From an archaeon (GTDB lineage: Archaea > Iainarchaeota > Iainarchaeia > Iainarchaeales > Iainarchaeaceae): a stretch of 32,510 bases of DNA. Of the stretch, positions 1-8,301 are shown piece by piece (position 1 is the stretch's first letter; each line of letters begins with the position of its first letter). The stretch spans positions 1 to 32,510 of the forward strand of contig SBBR01000106.1 in NCBI GenBank assembly GCA_005239615.1. Reading direction: 5' to 3'. Under the pieces are notes generated by a model. That model was not told the DNA's origin. It made no database searches and was given only the letters and a program-made list of their open reading frames with translations. Made by a program: the position numbers and the translations under genes.

Positions 1-2
1 CC

Positions 3-98
3 CTTGTGTAAGCTTTCATGTACGGATAGATGGCTGTCCAAAAAGGCAATAATTAGGTGAAAATATGGTATACAAATATAAGGGGTTTTCATAGATGG
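3..98. repeat. Left copy of a perfect 96-bp inverted repeat (partner 32415..32510). It contains an A/T-rich promoter-like stretch and the ATG of the vapB-like gene.
   Basis: A hand reverse-complement of 32415..32510 equals 3..98 at 96/96 positions. Identity ends one base after the ATG at 95-97. Confidence 0.95.
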
Positions 99-313
99 CA
101 AGGCTAATTAGCGTGGCGGATGACGTGTACGAGGAACTCACGGCGAGGAAGGGCAAAGAGGACAGCTTTTCGATGGTCATAAGGAATGCGCTGGGAAAAA
201 AAGAAAGCAACAGGGATGCAATTCTGGCATTTGCCGGCAAGGGCGGGGTTGACGAGAAAAAAATCAAGGAGCTGGGCAAAGAATGGAAGAAATGGACGAA
301 AAAATATGCCTAG
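95..313 (+). CDS. vapB: VapB-type antitoxin (archaeal COG1753/DUF217-like)
   Basis: 72 aa. The N-terminus MARLISVADDVYEELTARKGKEDSFSMVIRNAL matches the typical M-x-TISVSDEVYE-L...SFS-VI pattern. It overlaps the downstream PIN gene. Confidence 0.7.
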   Translation: MARLISVADDVYEELTARKGKEDSFSMVIRNALGKKESNRDAILAFAGKGGVDEKKIKELGKEWKKWTKKYA

Positions 314-672
314 ACTCCGACGTGCTGATTGGTGTACTGAAAAACGATAAGCGCGCCATAAGCCTGCTCAATTCGGTTAAAACCGTATACTGCACAACCG
401 TAATAAACGTGTTCGAAATCTGGCAAGGAAGAACTCTGGGCGACCAAACAGAACAATATCTCAGCAAAATGCCTATAGTGCATCTGAGCGAAAGCGCGGC
501 AAAGAGGGCGGCAGACATGCACAGGGAAATGAAAGCCACAGGGGATTTGCTTGACATCAAGGACATCTTTATAGGTGCGATGTGCATTGACAACGACCTT
601 GCACTAGCGAGCTTCAACAAAAAACACTTCGAGAGGCTCAGGAGATTCGGGATGAGGCTGGTGGAAATTTGA
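283..672 (+). CDS. vapC: PIN-domain ribonuclease toxin VapC
   Basis: 129 aa. It has the N-terminal acidic motif ICLDSDVLI and a C-terminal DIFIGAMCIDNDLALASFNKKHFERL typical of PIN/VapC. It overlaps vapB. The start could be the ATG at 292. Confidence 0.75.
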   Translation: MEEMDEKICLDSDVLIGVLKNDKRAISLLNSVKTVYCTTVINVFEIWQGRTLGDQTEQYLSKMPIVHLSESAAKRAADMHREMKATGDLLDIKDIFIGAMCIDNDLALASFNKKHFERLRRFGMRLVEI

Positions 673-1349
673 AGCCCATCAAGGAAAACATCTCCTCACT
701 GCGAGCAGATATTGCGCAGGTGTGCGAGCGCGTGCGCAGAAAGCCCGGTGAAATAACAATCGTCGCTGTCTCGAAAGGCGAGCCTTTGGCAACAATAAAA
801 CAGGCTCACGCCTGTGGCATTTCCGACTTCGGCGAGAACAGGGAGCAGGAACTCGCGGAGAAATTCCACTCACTATCGGCCCTGAAGCCGCGGCCGGACA
901 TCCACTTCATAGGCCATTTACAGGGGAACAAAGTAAAGAGCGTGGTGGAGATGGCGGATTACATCCACTCCGTTGACTCGCTCTCGCTGCTCCGCAAAAT
1001 CCATTACGCTGCGCTCGACATTGGCAAGGTGCAGAACATCTTCCTGCAGGTGAACACCTCCGGCGAGCCCCAAAAGCACGGTATGAAGCCGCAGGAGGTC
1101 GAATCGCTTCTGACTACCATGAAGAACCTTCCCTATGAGAACGTGAAATTCATCGGCCTCATGACGATGGCGCCGCTCACGCAGGACATGGAGGTGGTGC
1201 GCAAATGCTTCCAGAAATTGTATGACATCAAAGAGCACCTCAATTTGCACCACCTGAGCATGGGCATGAGCAACGACTACAGGGTCGCGATAGAGGAAGG
1301 GGCGACGGTGCTGCGTATCGGGAGAAGGATATTCCATGAGGGACAATAA
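669..1349 (+). CDS. yggS: YggS/PLPBP family pyridoxal-phosphate homeostasis protein
   Basis: Motifs present: VAVSKG (PLP lysine), HFIGHLQGNK and LSMGMSNDY. The TTG start overlaps the vapC TGA stop (TTGA). Confidence 0.85.
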   Translation: MKPIKENISSLRADIAQVCERVRRKPGEITIVAVSKGEPLATIKQAHACGISDFGENREQELAEKFHSLSALKPRPDIHFIGHLQGNKVKSVVEMADYIHSVDSLSLLRKIHYAALDIGKVQNIFLQVNTSGEPQKHGMKPQEVESLLTTMKNLPYENVKFIGLMTMAPLTQDMEVVRKCFQKLYDIKEHLNLHHLSMGMSNDYRVAIEEGATVLRIGRRIFHEGQ

Positions 1350-1406
1350 CGAACTCCTGCGTGGCGACTTGTTTATTCTTTAATCCCTTTGGTCAGCGTG
1401 TAGTGC

Positions 1407-2342
1407 ATGAACACTCAGCTCCTCTCACAGCTAATCCTGTTCTTCGTGCTCACGCAGGGCCTCGGCCTCTTCGTGGGAAACTACCTAATCTCACAGGACA
1501 TCCGCACGATCATTGTCAGCGACAATCCCGATGCTGTGGAGAACGGCCTGGGTCTTATAGCATGGATTCTCGGCTTCACCGCTGTGCTACTCATAATAAT
1601 AAGGCTCGCCAGCGAAAACATCCTCTTCATCATCCTAAAGGGCCTTGAGGCGCTCGCAATCTTCGGCTCCTCCCTCATTGTCCTCCTTCCCTTCGGCCTC
1701 GATGACCTTGCCATGCTTGCACTTGGCGGTGGCCTTGTGGCCGCGAGGGCCTTGTGGGAGGGGAACGTGCTTCTCAGGAATGTTTCAAGCACAGTTGCGG
1801 CTGCAGGGGCGGGGGCACTGATAGGCGCGAGCATAGGGGTGCTGCCGATTGTAGTGTTCCTGCTGCTCATGGCGGCGTATGACTACATCGCGGTGTTCAA
1901 GACAAGGCACATGGTCGTGCTGGCGAAGAGCCTCACAAAAAAGAACCTCGCATTCACCTACGCGATGCCTACCACAAAATCGGCATCCGCACAAAACGAA
2001 AATTATGCCAAGGGCAAGGGGCGGCTTAAGCGTGGATTACGATGGGGAGCTGCAGACTCAAAGATAAAGCGTGTGAAAGGGCACCAGTTTGAATTAGGCA
2101 CAGGCGACATGGTCGTGCCCCTGGCGTTCGCCGTGAGCGTGCTCGCGGCTGCTCAGAAAATTTACCTGGCGCCACTGGCTTTTGCGCCGGCTGCAGCCGT
2201 CCTTGCTGCCTCGCTAATGGGCCTCCTCTTCACTGTCCTTCAGGTGTCGAAAAAGGAAGGCACTGCGCTGCCCGCGCTGCCGATGCAGGCCTGCCTGATG
2301 GCGATTGTTTTCGGGCTGATGAGAGTTGCTGGCACAATATGA
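1407..2342 (+). CDS. Presenilin/signal-peptide-peptidase-like intramembrane aspartyl protease (A22 family, archaeal PSH type)
   Basis: Polytopic membrane protein with the three signature motifs in order: YD (AAYDYIAVF), GxGD (LGTGDMVVP) and PAL (ALPALP). Confidence 0.8.
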   Translation: MNTQLLSQLILFFVLTQGLGLFVGNYLISQDIRTIIVSDNPDAVENGLGLIAWILGFTAVLLIIIRLASENILFIILKGLEALAIFGSSLIVLLPFGLDDLAMLALGGGLVAARALWEGNVLLRNVSSTVAAAGAGALIGASIGVLPIVVFLLLMAAYDYIAVFKTRHMVVLAKSLTKKNLAFTYAMPTTKSASAQNENYAKGKGRLKRGLRWGAADSKIKRVKGHQFELGTGDMVVPLAFAVSVLAAAQKIYLAPLAFAPAAAVLAASLMGLLFTVLQVSKKEGTALPALPMQACLMAIVFGLMRVAGTI

Positions 2343-2461
2343 AAATGCAGGAGTACGGCAACTAGCCACCTGAAATGGTATGGAAGAAAAATCGCACCAG
2401 AAATAGAGAGGCGATCAGAAAATCATGGCAATTGCGATGCCGGCACACAATTTTGGTGCAA

Positions 2462-3484
2462 TCAATAATATTTAATCTTGTGAATCTTTTTGTAAACAAA
2501 GTAATTTTTTTCCTTGATGGTGTTTCCAAATATCGTGGACATCTCTTCCAGTATTTCTCGGAACTTTGAATGCCGTTCCGCCAAGAGCTCGGCCTCGAAG
2601 TCTGCATATCCGATTGTTTCGTTCACGTAAATGATGTTAGGATGAGCGTGGGCGTAACTCATTATCTCTTTGTACCTTGACCTGTCCTTTAGCCAGAAAT
2701 TTATTTTGTAATAGGTGTATCCTAATTTATCCATGTTGAGCCTTACCCTGAAACCTTTGATTACCTGCAGTTTCAGGAGTTTTTTCAGGTTGTGCTTTAC
2801 AATCATCGGTGTTAGCCAGAGTTTTGCCGATATTTCAACAGTAGGCATCCGCGCATTCCCGGAGATTACCTTCAAAATCTTTTCTTGCGTCCCGGTTATT
2901 TCAATTTTGTTACCGAATCCGACTTCAACTGCCTTTTTTTCGAGCTTTTCTTTTGGCAAAACAAACGCATAGCTGAAATCGTAGACCTTCGTGTAAACGC
3001 ACACAAGATACTTCAGGATGTGCTTCTGATATTTTTCCATTAATCCAAGCCAGAACTCCCTGAATTTATAGGCATTTTTCACCCATAGGAGTACGCCGGC
3101 GTCCCACTCGCCTTCTATGCTTCCGACCCACCATGTGCTGTCGGCATTTATAAAAAAATCCATGATTTCTTTTTCCTTTTCAGGACTGATGTATTGCCAT
3201 TTCAGATAAACCCTGTAGCCTTCAAAGCCGAGGGCAGTGGTATCAACCACCGAGTAGAAGCCGAGGATTATTTCATCGTCAACCATCTTTTTTATCCTGT
3301 AACCCACGAGGTTCTTCTTTACCCTTATCTCCTTGGCTATTTCAGAGTTAGAGCGCCTAGAATTTCGGTCCAAAGCGTGAATAAGCAATTTATCCACATT
3401 ATCAACGGTGGCCTTATTTTCCCCGGATTGGAAGATTTCACCCATTTTAACCATTGTAGCTAAAAGGCAATATAAATATATCAT
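2462..3484 (-). CDS. Lrp/AsnC-like transcription regulator with two tandem winged-HTH modules
   Basis: Two HTH_AsnC-like segments: DKLLIHALDRNSRRSNSEIAKEIRVKKNLVGYRIKKM and EKILKVISGNARMPTVEISAKLWLTPMIVKHNLKKL. The region is A/T-rich. The start may be an internal Met (MVKMGE). Confidence 0.6.
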   Translation of the reverse strand: MIYLYCLLATMVKMGEIFQSGENKATVDNVDKLLIHALDRNSRRSNSEIAKEIRVKKNLVGYRIKKMVDDEIILGFYSVVDTTALGFEGYRVYLKWQYISPEKEKEIMDFFINADSTWWVGSIEGEWDAGVLLWVKNAYKFREFWLGLMEKYQKHILKYLVCVYTKVYDFSYAFVLPKEKLEKKAVEVGFGNKIEITGTQEKILKVISGNARMPTVEISAKLWLTPMIVKHNLKKLLKLQVIKGFRVRLNMDKLGYTYYKINFWLKDRSRYKEIMSYAHAHPNIIYVNETIGYADFEAELLAERHSKFREILEEMSTIFGNTIKEKNYFVYKKIHKIKYY

Positions 3485-3539
3485 TTTGACCGATTTTTAT
3501 TACTAAATTTAGATTAAGCTAATATGAAGCGTATGTCAT

Positions 3540-4316
3540 ATGGAAACATTGGATTTGGCAAACACCTGGGATATCTGCCTGGATTTCCTCTATCCAAAGG
3601 AATACGCGGAGGGCCTTGTGGAATTCCTAAAACAAAACAAAGTGAAAAGAGTCCTTGACTGCGCCTGCGGGACAGGGTTTCCGGCGGTACACTTGCTCCC
3701 TGAACAGGATTTCTCGGTGGTCCTTTCAGACGGCAGCAAAGAGATGATTGGCAAGGCTAGGGAAAAAATCCAAAAGTACGGGTTTGATGCGACGGTCCAA
3801 AACATAAAGTGGCAGGAGCTGGACAGGCACTTCAAGGAGGAATTCGACTGCGTCCTCTGCATTGGGAATTCCTTAGTATATGTAGATTCCTGGGGAAAAA
3901 ACACGGTAAACCCAGCGAAAGCGAAAGCAGAGTTGGGAATCGCATTGAAGAATTTTTATAATGTCTTAAAAGAAGGCGGATTTTGCTACATTGACACAAC
4001 CTCAAGAAAGGAATTTGAAAATCCCTTTGGCAGCATATGCAAGCAGTTTGGGAAAAAGAAAATTAACGGCATAGAGTACAGCCTTGTCTGGCTTATGGGT
4101 CATGACAAAAAGAACAAGGTCAGGAGTTGGAATCCTCAGCTGCTTGAATGGAGGAATGGTTCTGTGGTGGGCAAGCAAAGCCATTCGCTGAAAAGTTACC
4201 TTTTGGACCATGAAGAACTCGAAGAAATGCTCCATTCTGCTGGCTTTTCGAAAGTAGACAAATACGTCAAAATAAGGGGCGAGGACCATTACGACATTTT
4301 CATAGCGCACAAATGA
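3540..4316 (+). CDS. Class I SAM-dependent methyltransferase (glycine/sarcosine N-methyltransferase-like)
   Basis: Motif I is VLDCACGTGFP, followed by an acidic post-I residue (LSDGSKEM) and FDCVLCIGNS. Substrate is unknown. Confidence 0.7.
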   Translation: METLDLANTWDICLDFLYPKEYAEGLVEFLKQNKVKRVLDCACGTGFPAVHLLPEQDFSVVLSDGSKEMIGKAREKIQKYGFDATVQNIKWQELDRHFKEEFDCVLCIGNSLVYVDSWGKNTVNPAKAKAELGIALKNFYNVLKEGGFCYIDTTSRKEFENPFGSICKQFGKKKINGIEYSLVWLMGHDKKNKVRSWNPQLLEWRNGSVVGKQSHSLKSYLLDHEELEEMLHSAGFSKVDKYVKIRGEDHYDIFIAHK

Positions 4317-4329
4317 AAGGGGGGAGAAA

Positions 4330-4554
4330 ATGGTACAGTTGAAAACGATTAAAATCACCGAAGCCCGGAAAAACGAATTTTTCTACGTCGCGGGGCTTGG
4401 GCTTCTGTTTGGCATTTGGGTGACAAAATTCGGGCTGGACACAGCGTACATTTTTTTCTTTCTGGCGTTTGCGGTGAAAGCCTCGAAATCCCTTGCGAAG
4501 AAAATGACGAGCTTGACAATGAGGTGGCTGGATGAAAATTTTTTTAAAGTCTAA
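4330..4554 (+). CDS. Hypothetical small membrane protein
   Basis: 74 aa with two hydrophobic segments (FFYVAGLGLLFGIWV, AYIFFFLAFAV). It overlaps the panD start by 23 nt. No recognisable family. Confidence 0.3.
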   Translation: MVQLKTIKITEARKNEFFYVAGLGLLFGIWVTKFGLDTAYIFFFLAFAVKASKSLAKKMTSLTMRWLDENFFKV

Positions 4555-4864
4555 AATACACCGCGCCACGGTCACTGAATCGGACCTTAACTATGAAGGC
4601 AGCATTTCAATAGATTCTTCACTTATGAAAAGATCCGGCCTTGTGGAATTCGAAAAAGTCGAGGTGTGGAACATAACAAACGGGGAAAGGATAGAGACCT
4701 ATGCAATGGCCGCACCTGAAGGCTCGGGCACAATATGCCTGAACGGAGCAGCCGCCAGAAAATTCATGAAAGGGGACAAGATAATCATAAGTGCATTTGA
4801 AATTTCTGATTCACCAAACAAGCCAAGAATTGTGTTCGTGGACGAAAAAAATAGAGGGTTATGA
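4532..4864 (+). CDS. panD: Aspartate 1-decarboxylase, pyruvoyl-dependent (bacterial PanD type)
   Basis: LKSKIHRATVTESDLNYEGSISID contains the conserved self-processing Gly-Ser site. GTICLNGAAAR is also conserved. Confidence 0.9.
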   Translation: MKIFLKSKIHRATVTESDLNYEGSISIDSSLMKRSGLVEFEKVEVWNITNGERIETYAMAAPEGSGTICLNGAAARKFMKGDKIIISAFEISDSPNKPRIVFVDEKNRGL

Positions 4865-4979
4865 TTAACCCTTGTTTTTCTGCGATTTTTTCAACTCATT
4901 TTTGAAAATGCCTTATTTTGCCTTCTTTTTCCTTTTTCTCCTTGTATTTTCCTTCATTTTCTCAACTTTTTTCGGTCGC

Positions 4980-5210
4980 TTACGCTAGACATTTTTTTCG
5001 TTCGAGTGTGACTAGTTGGTAGAGGTTGTATGCGAATGCTTTGAACATTTCTTTGATGCTTACTCTTGCAAGCGTTTTTACTAAAGTACGTGCGCCATGA
5101 AAAGTGCGTTTGATTACCGAGAATGGTCGTTCTCCCGGAGCGCGAATTCTGCTGATTGATTTGTTCCTTTTTTGTTCTCCGCCATTCAATTTTCTTCCAC
5201 GCGTTGCCAA
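4980..5210 (-). mobile_element. Remnant of an IS5/IS4-like DDE transposase (C-terminal fragment only)
   Basis: The 76-aa ORF ...ISRIRAPGERPFSVIKRTFHGARTLVKTLARVSIKEMFKAFAYNLYQL matches the typical IS5-family C-terminus (R-x-VE-x-FG-x-IK...R-x-RGL-x-K...NL). The DDE core is missing. A stop codon lies immediately upstream of the fragment. Confidence 0.55.
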
Positions 5211-5341
5211 TTTATGGTTTTATCCACAATACTTTCAGGGGTGCAGGGCAGTCAGAAAATGATAAGGCGGAAACAGCTCTATTTTCAAATGGAAAGGCCG
5301 CGCAACAGTGATACATCAGCCATCTGGCCACGATCGCGCCC

Positions 5342-6145
5342 TCACGCCGCGAACCCGAAGAGCGCCTTCAGAGCGCCTATGCCAAAGTATCCGGCGATGC
5401 CTATCCCGATGTAGCGTCCCGTCTTGCCGAGCAGAGCCGCTAAGAAGAACCTCCTCCAGTCGTAGCGGATGAGGCCGGCGCTTATCCCAATCAGGTCGAA
5501 CGGGAACGGGATTAGCGCGCCGAGGAAGATGAACCACATTCCCTGCTTGCCTATTTTCACGCGAATCTGCTCAAGATTCTCGAACTCCTTCACTCCGAGC
5601 TCCTTGATGGCCTTCGAGCCTAGGGTGCCGGTGATGTAAGCGGTCATCTCGCCGATGGCGGCCCCTGCCCCAAGCACGACAGCAACAGTAAGGACTTCAT
5701 TCAGGCCCAGCGACTCTGCGCTTGCGAGGAGCAGGAGGTCTATGGGGAGAGGCAGGAAGACCGTGGCATTGGCTATTATAGAGGCGATGAAAAGGCCGAG
5801 GAGGCCATAGCCGGTGACAAGGCCCTCCACAATGCCATGGTTCGTGAAAATCAGGTAGAAAAGCGCGAGGATTAGGGCAAGGGCACCGAGGCTCTTCAGC
5901 GACTCCCAGCCGGCAGGCTGCCCATTCTGCCCCGCCCCGGCCCAGGCGTTTTTCCACCTCGGCATGCCGACCAGAAGTAGAAGGCTCTTCAGGTTAAAAA
6001 TGGTTGCTTGGGGTGCCACGAAATCCCAATGCTCAACGCCAAACACCCATTGCCATGAATGTCTTGCCGTGGCAATTTGACAGAATTTGATTGCCCTCCA
6101 GGCAAAGGCGGAAAATTTGGCTTTTCTGCCCGGATTGGATGGCAC
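5342..6145 (-). CDS. DedA/VTT (SNARE-associated) family membrane protein
   Basis: Multi-pass membrane protein with LGLFIASIIANATVFLPLPIDLLLLA and C-terminal FLGALIPFPFDLIGISAGL...RFFLAALLGK, typical of the VTT domain. The true start is probably internal, e.g. MPRWKN. Confidence 0.6.
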   Translation of the reverse strand: MPSNPGRKAKFSAFAWRAIKFCQIATARHSWQWVFGVEHWDFVAPQATIFNLKSLLLLVGMPRWKNAWAGAGQNGQPAGWESLKSLGALALILALFYLIFTNHGIVEGLVTGYGLLGLFIASIIANATVFLPLPIDLLLLASAESLGLNEVLTVAVVLGAGAAIGEMTAYITGTLGSKAIKELGVKEFENLEQIRVKIGKQGMWFIFLGALIPFPFDLIGISAGLIRYDWRRFFLAALLGKTGRYIGIGIAGYFGIGALKALFGFAA

Positions 6146-6221
6146 CAGATTTTAGACAATGGGCAAAGCCGGAAGGCAGGGGTGAAGAAGTGCCAATTTA
6201 AAACCCTTTCAGGGTGGAAGA

Positions 6222-6632
6222 TTGATTATGGAATACGAGAGGATGCTCGACAGGCTCTACATGATGCTGCCGGAGAAGACCTCATCAATGGAGAGGTTCG
6301 AGCTGCCGATGCTTGATATCAGCGTGCAGGGCAAGAAGACGCTCATAAGGAACTTCTCCCAGGCTCTCAAGGCAGTGGCGAGGGGTGAGAAGCAGTTCTA
6401 CAAGTACGTCACCAAGGAAACGGCAACTGCCGCAACTATAGAGGAAGGCAAGCTCGTCCTCAACGGCAAATTCTTTGCCGAAAACATAAACAGGCTGTGG
6501 GCAAACTACCTCAACGAGTACGTTCTGTGCCACGAGTGCAAGAAGCCCGACACGCAGATAATTGAACGCAACGGCGTCAAGGTCCTGAAGTGCACTGCCT
6601 GCGGGGCTATGAGCGCGATAAGGAAGCTTTGA
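6222..6632 (+). CDS. eif2b: Translation initiation factor aIF2 subunit beta
   Basis: 136 aa. It contains ERFELPMLDISVQGKKTLIRNF and a C-terminal zinc ribbon YVLCHECKKPDT...LKCTACGA. Confidence 0.9.
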   Translation: MIMEYERMLDRLYMMLPEKTSSMERFELPMLDISVQGKKTLIRNFSQALKAVARGEKQFYKYVTKETATAATIEEGKLVLNGKFFAENINRLWANYLNEYVLCHECKKPDTQIIERNGVKVLKCTACGAMSAIRKL

Positions 6633-6644
6633 AGGTCGGGAGTC

Positions 6645-6935
6645 TTGTACTGCAAGTCACATTCAGTTGGCAGCGATTCCGTGCTCGCGTGCTGCGACGA
6701 GGAAATCCTCGGGAAGACTCTGGAGGACAACGACCTCCGGGTCAATGTTTCAGAGGCTTATTACATGGGCAAAAAGGTCGGTGAAGGCGAAATGGCTTGG
6801 ATGCTCAGGGAGGCAAGTAGCATCAACCTCCTCGGTAGGAAAAGCGTCGGGGTGGCGCTGAAAGAGGGTTTAATAACCGAACGAGACGTAATCAGGTTAT
6901 GCGGTGTTGAGCACGCCGTGATAGTCAGGCTATAG
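6645..6935 (+). CDS. DUF424 (COG2412) family protein
   Basis: The pattern VLACCDEEILGKTLEDNDLRVNVSEAYYMG ... GVEHAVIV, together with its position directly after aIF2-beta, is typical for this archaeal family. Confidence 0.6.
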   Translation: MYCKSHSVGSDSVLACCDEEILGKTLEDNDLRVNVSEAYYMGKKVGEGEMAWMLREASSINLLGRKSVGVALKEGLITERDVIRLCGVEHAVIVRL

Positions 6936-6983
6936 GCAATGAATTCACAAAGTTAAACTTGAAGAGTCATATTTAGGGGTGTA

Positions 6984-7346
6984 GTGTGTTTGGAAGAAGC
7001 TAAGCCAGAGTGGCAGGCAAGCGGCGAGACCGCGAAAGCGCCTGAGGGCGCTGAACAGCCAACATTCAGGCTTAGGCTCCCCCGGAGGGAAAACCTCGAG
7101 ATGTTCGGCATCGTGATGCAGCTGCAGGGCTCGAACCAGGTCAAAGTGCTCTCAGAGGACGGCAAGGAAAGGGGCTGCAGGATTCCGGGGAAAATGAAGA
7201 AGAGGACGTGGCTGCGCGAGAGGGACATTGTCATCATCAAGCTCTGGGACTTCCAGCCGACTAAGGCAGATGTAGTGTGGCGCTTTTTGGGGATGCAGGT
7301 GGAGAACCTCAAGAGGAGGGGTTACCTGAAGAACCTTCCGGTGTGA
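6984..7346 (+). CDS. eif1a: Translation initiation factor aIF1A
   Basis: The S1-like core is MFGIVMQLQGSNQVKVLSEDGKERGCRIPGKMKKRTWLRERDIVIIKLWDFQ. The GTG start is uncertain. Confidence 0.85.
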   Translation: MCLEEAKPEWQASGETAKAPEGAEQPTFRLRLPRRENLEMFGIVMQLQGSNQVKVLSEDGKERGCRIPGKMKKRTWLRERDIVIIKLWDFQPTKADVVWRFLGMQVENLKRRGYLKNLPV

Positions 7347-7377
7347 AGGGTTAAATCCCGGGAAACTCATTCTTTTT

Positions 7378-8283
7378 ATGAAGCCCGAAGAAAGGAAGCC
7401 TTTTTCCCCTGGCAATGAAGGGGACGATGAAGAAGGCCTTGTGAAGCAGGAAAATGAGGCGCCCTTTGACGGGTTCAGCGAGGAGCTGCTTGCCAGGCGC
7501 ATAGAGGACCAGCGCGACCGTCGCACCTTCCAGAAAGTGTTCGATGCCCAGACTCTTGATGCTGTGCAGGCACTCGCACAGAAAGGGCTCTTTGATGTCC
7601 TGGAACACATCATCAGCACGGGTAAGGAAGCACATGTTTTTGTTGCGCGCGACACAAATGGGAACAAGCGCGCGGTGAAAATATTCAAGAAAGAGACCTC
7701 CGATTTCAGGCGCATGAACGATTATATCGCAGGCGACATCCGTTTCAAGGGTCTCCCGCATGACAGGCGCTCGCTCGTTCTTGCATGGACGCGCAAAGAG
7801 TACAAAAACCTGCTGATTGCAAGCAAGGCAAGGCTTGCCGTGCCGCTACCGCTCGGCTTCAGGGAGAACGTTCTTGTGATGGAATTTATCGGGACCGGGC
7901 AGGAAGGCAGTCCGCGGCTAAAGGACATAAAGCCCTCCAAAAAGGAGCTCGAATCCTACCGTAGCCAAATCACGAATTTCATGGCTGGGCTCTACCTCGC
8001 AGGCTTAGTGCACGCCGACCTTTCTGAGTACAACATACTTGTCGAGCTCGGACCCGGGCGGCCCGTGGGAAAATCAACGGGTTGCGCAAAGGGGAAGAGA
8101 ATAGTTATGATTGATTTTGCGCAGGGGTTACTGACAAGGCACCCGAACGCACGCGACTTTTACGAGCGGGACGTGCGCAACGTGGCCAATTACTTCACAA
8201 AGGCCGGGCTCCCCACAAGCTATGAGGAAATGTACACGATGGTGAAGGAGCGCAAGGAAGAGCTTACGAAAGGAAAACGCTAA
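7378..8283 (+). CDS. rio1: RIO-type serine/threonine protein kinase (Rio1-like)
   Basis: Contains STGKEAHVFVA, the AVKIFK lysine, the catalytic LVHADLSEYNILV and the metal-binding IDFAQG. It sits in the conserved aIF1A-Rio-KH neighbourhood. Confidence 0.85.
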   Translation: MKPEERKPFSPGNEGDDEEGLVKQENEAPFDGFSEELLARRIEDQRDRRTFQKVFDAQTLDAVQALAQKGLFDVLEHIISTGKEAHVFVARDTNGNKRAVKIFKKETSDFRRMNDYIAGDIRFKGLPHDRRSLVLAWTRKEYKNLLIASKARLAVPLPLGFRENVLVMEFIGTGQEGSPRLKDIKPSKKELESYRSQITNFMAGLYLAGLVHADLSEYNILVELGPGRPVGKSTGCAKGKRIVMIDFAQGLLTRHPNARDFYERDVRNVANYFTKAGLPTSYEEMYTMVKERKEELTKGKR

Positions 8284-8301
8284 AAGCGGTGTGGGTCATT
8301 T

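Noticed and set aside
16-620. Minus-strand ORFs 16..279, 264..620 and 310..522 opposite the vapBC genes
   Set aside because: These are antisense shadows of well-supported plus-strand genes. Their sequences are low-complexity (S/L/F-rich) with no motifs.
5172-5537. ORFs 5172..5414 (+) and 5316..5537 (-) at the IS remnant/DedA border
   Set aside because: They overlap the 3' end of the DedA gene or the degraded IS region and have no motifs. They are probably non-coding.
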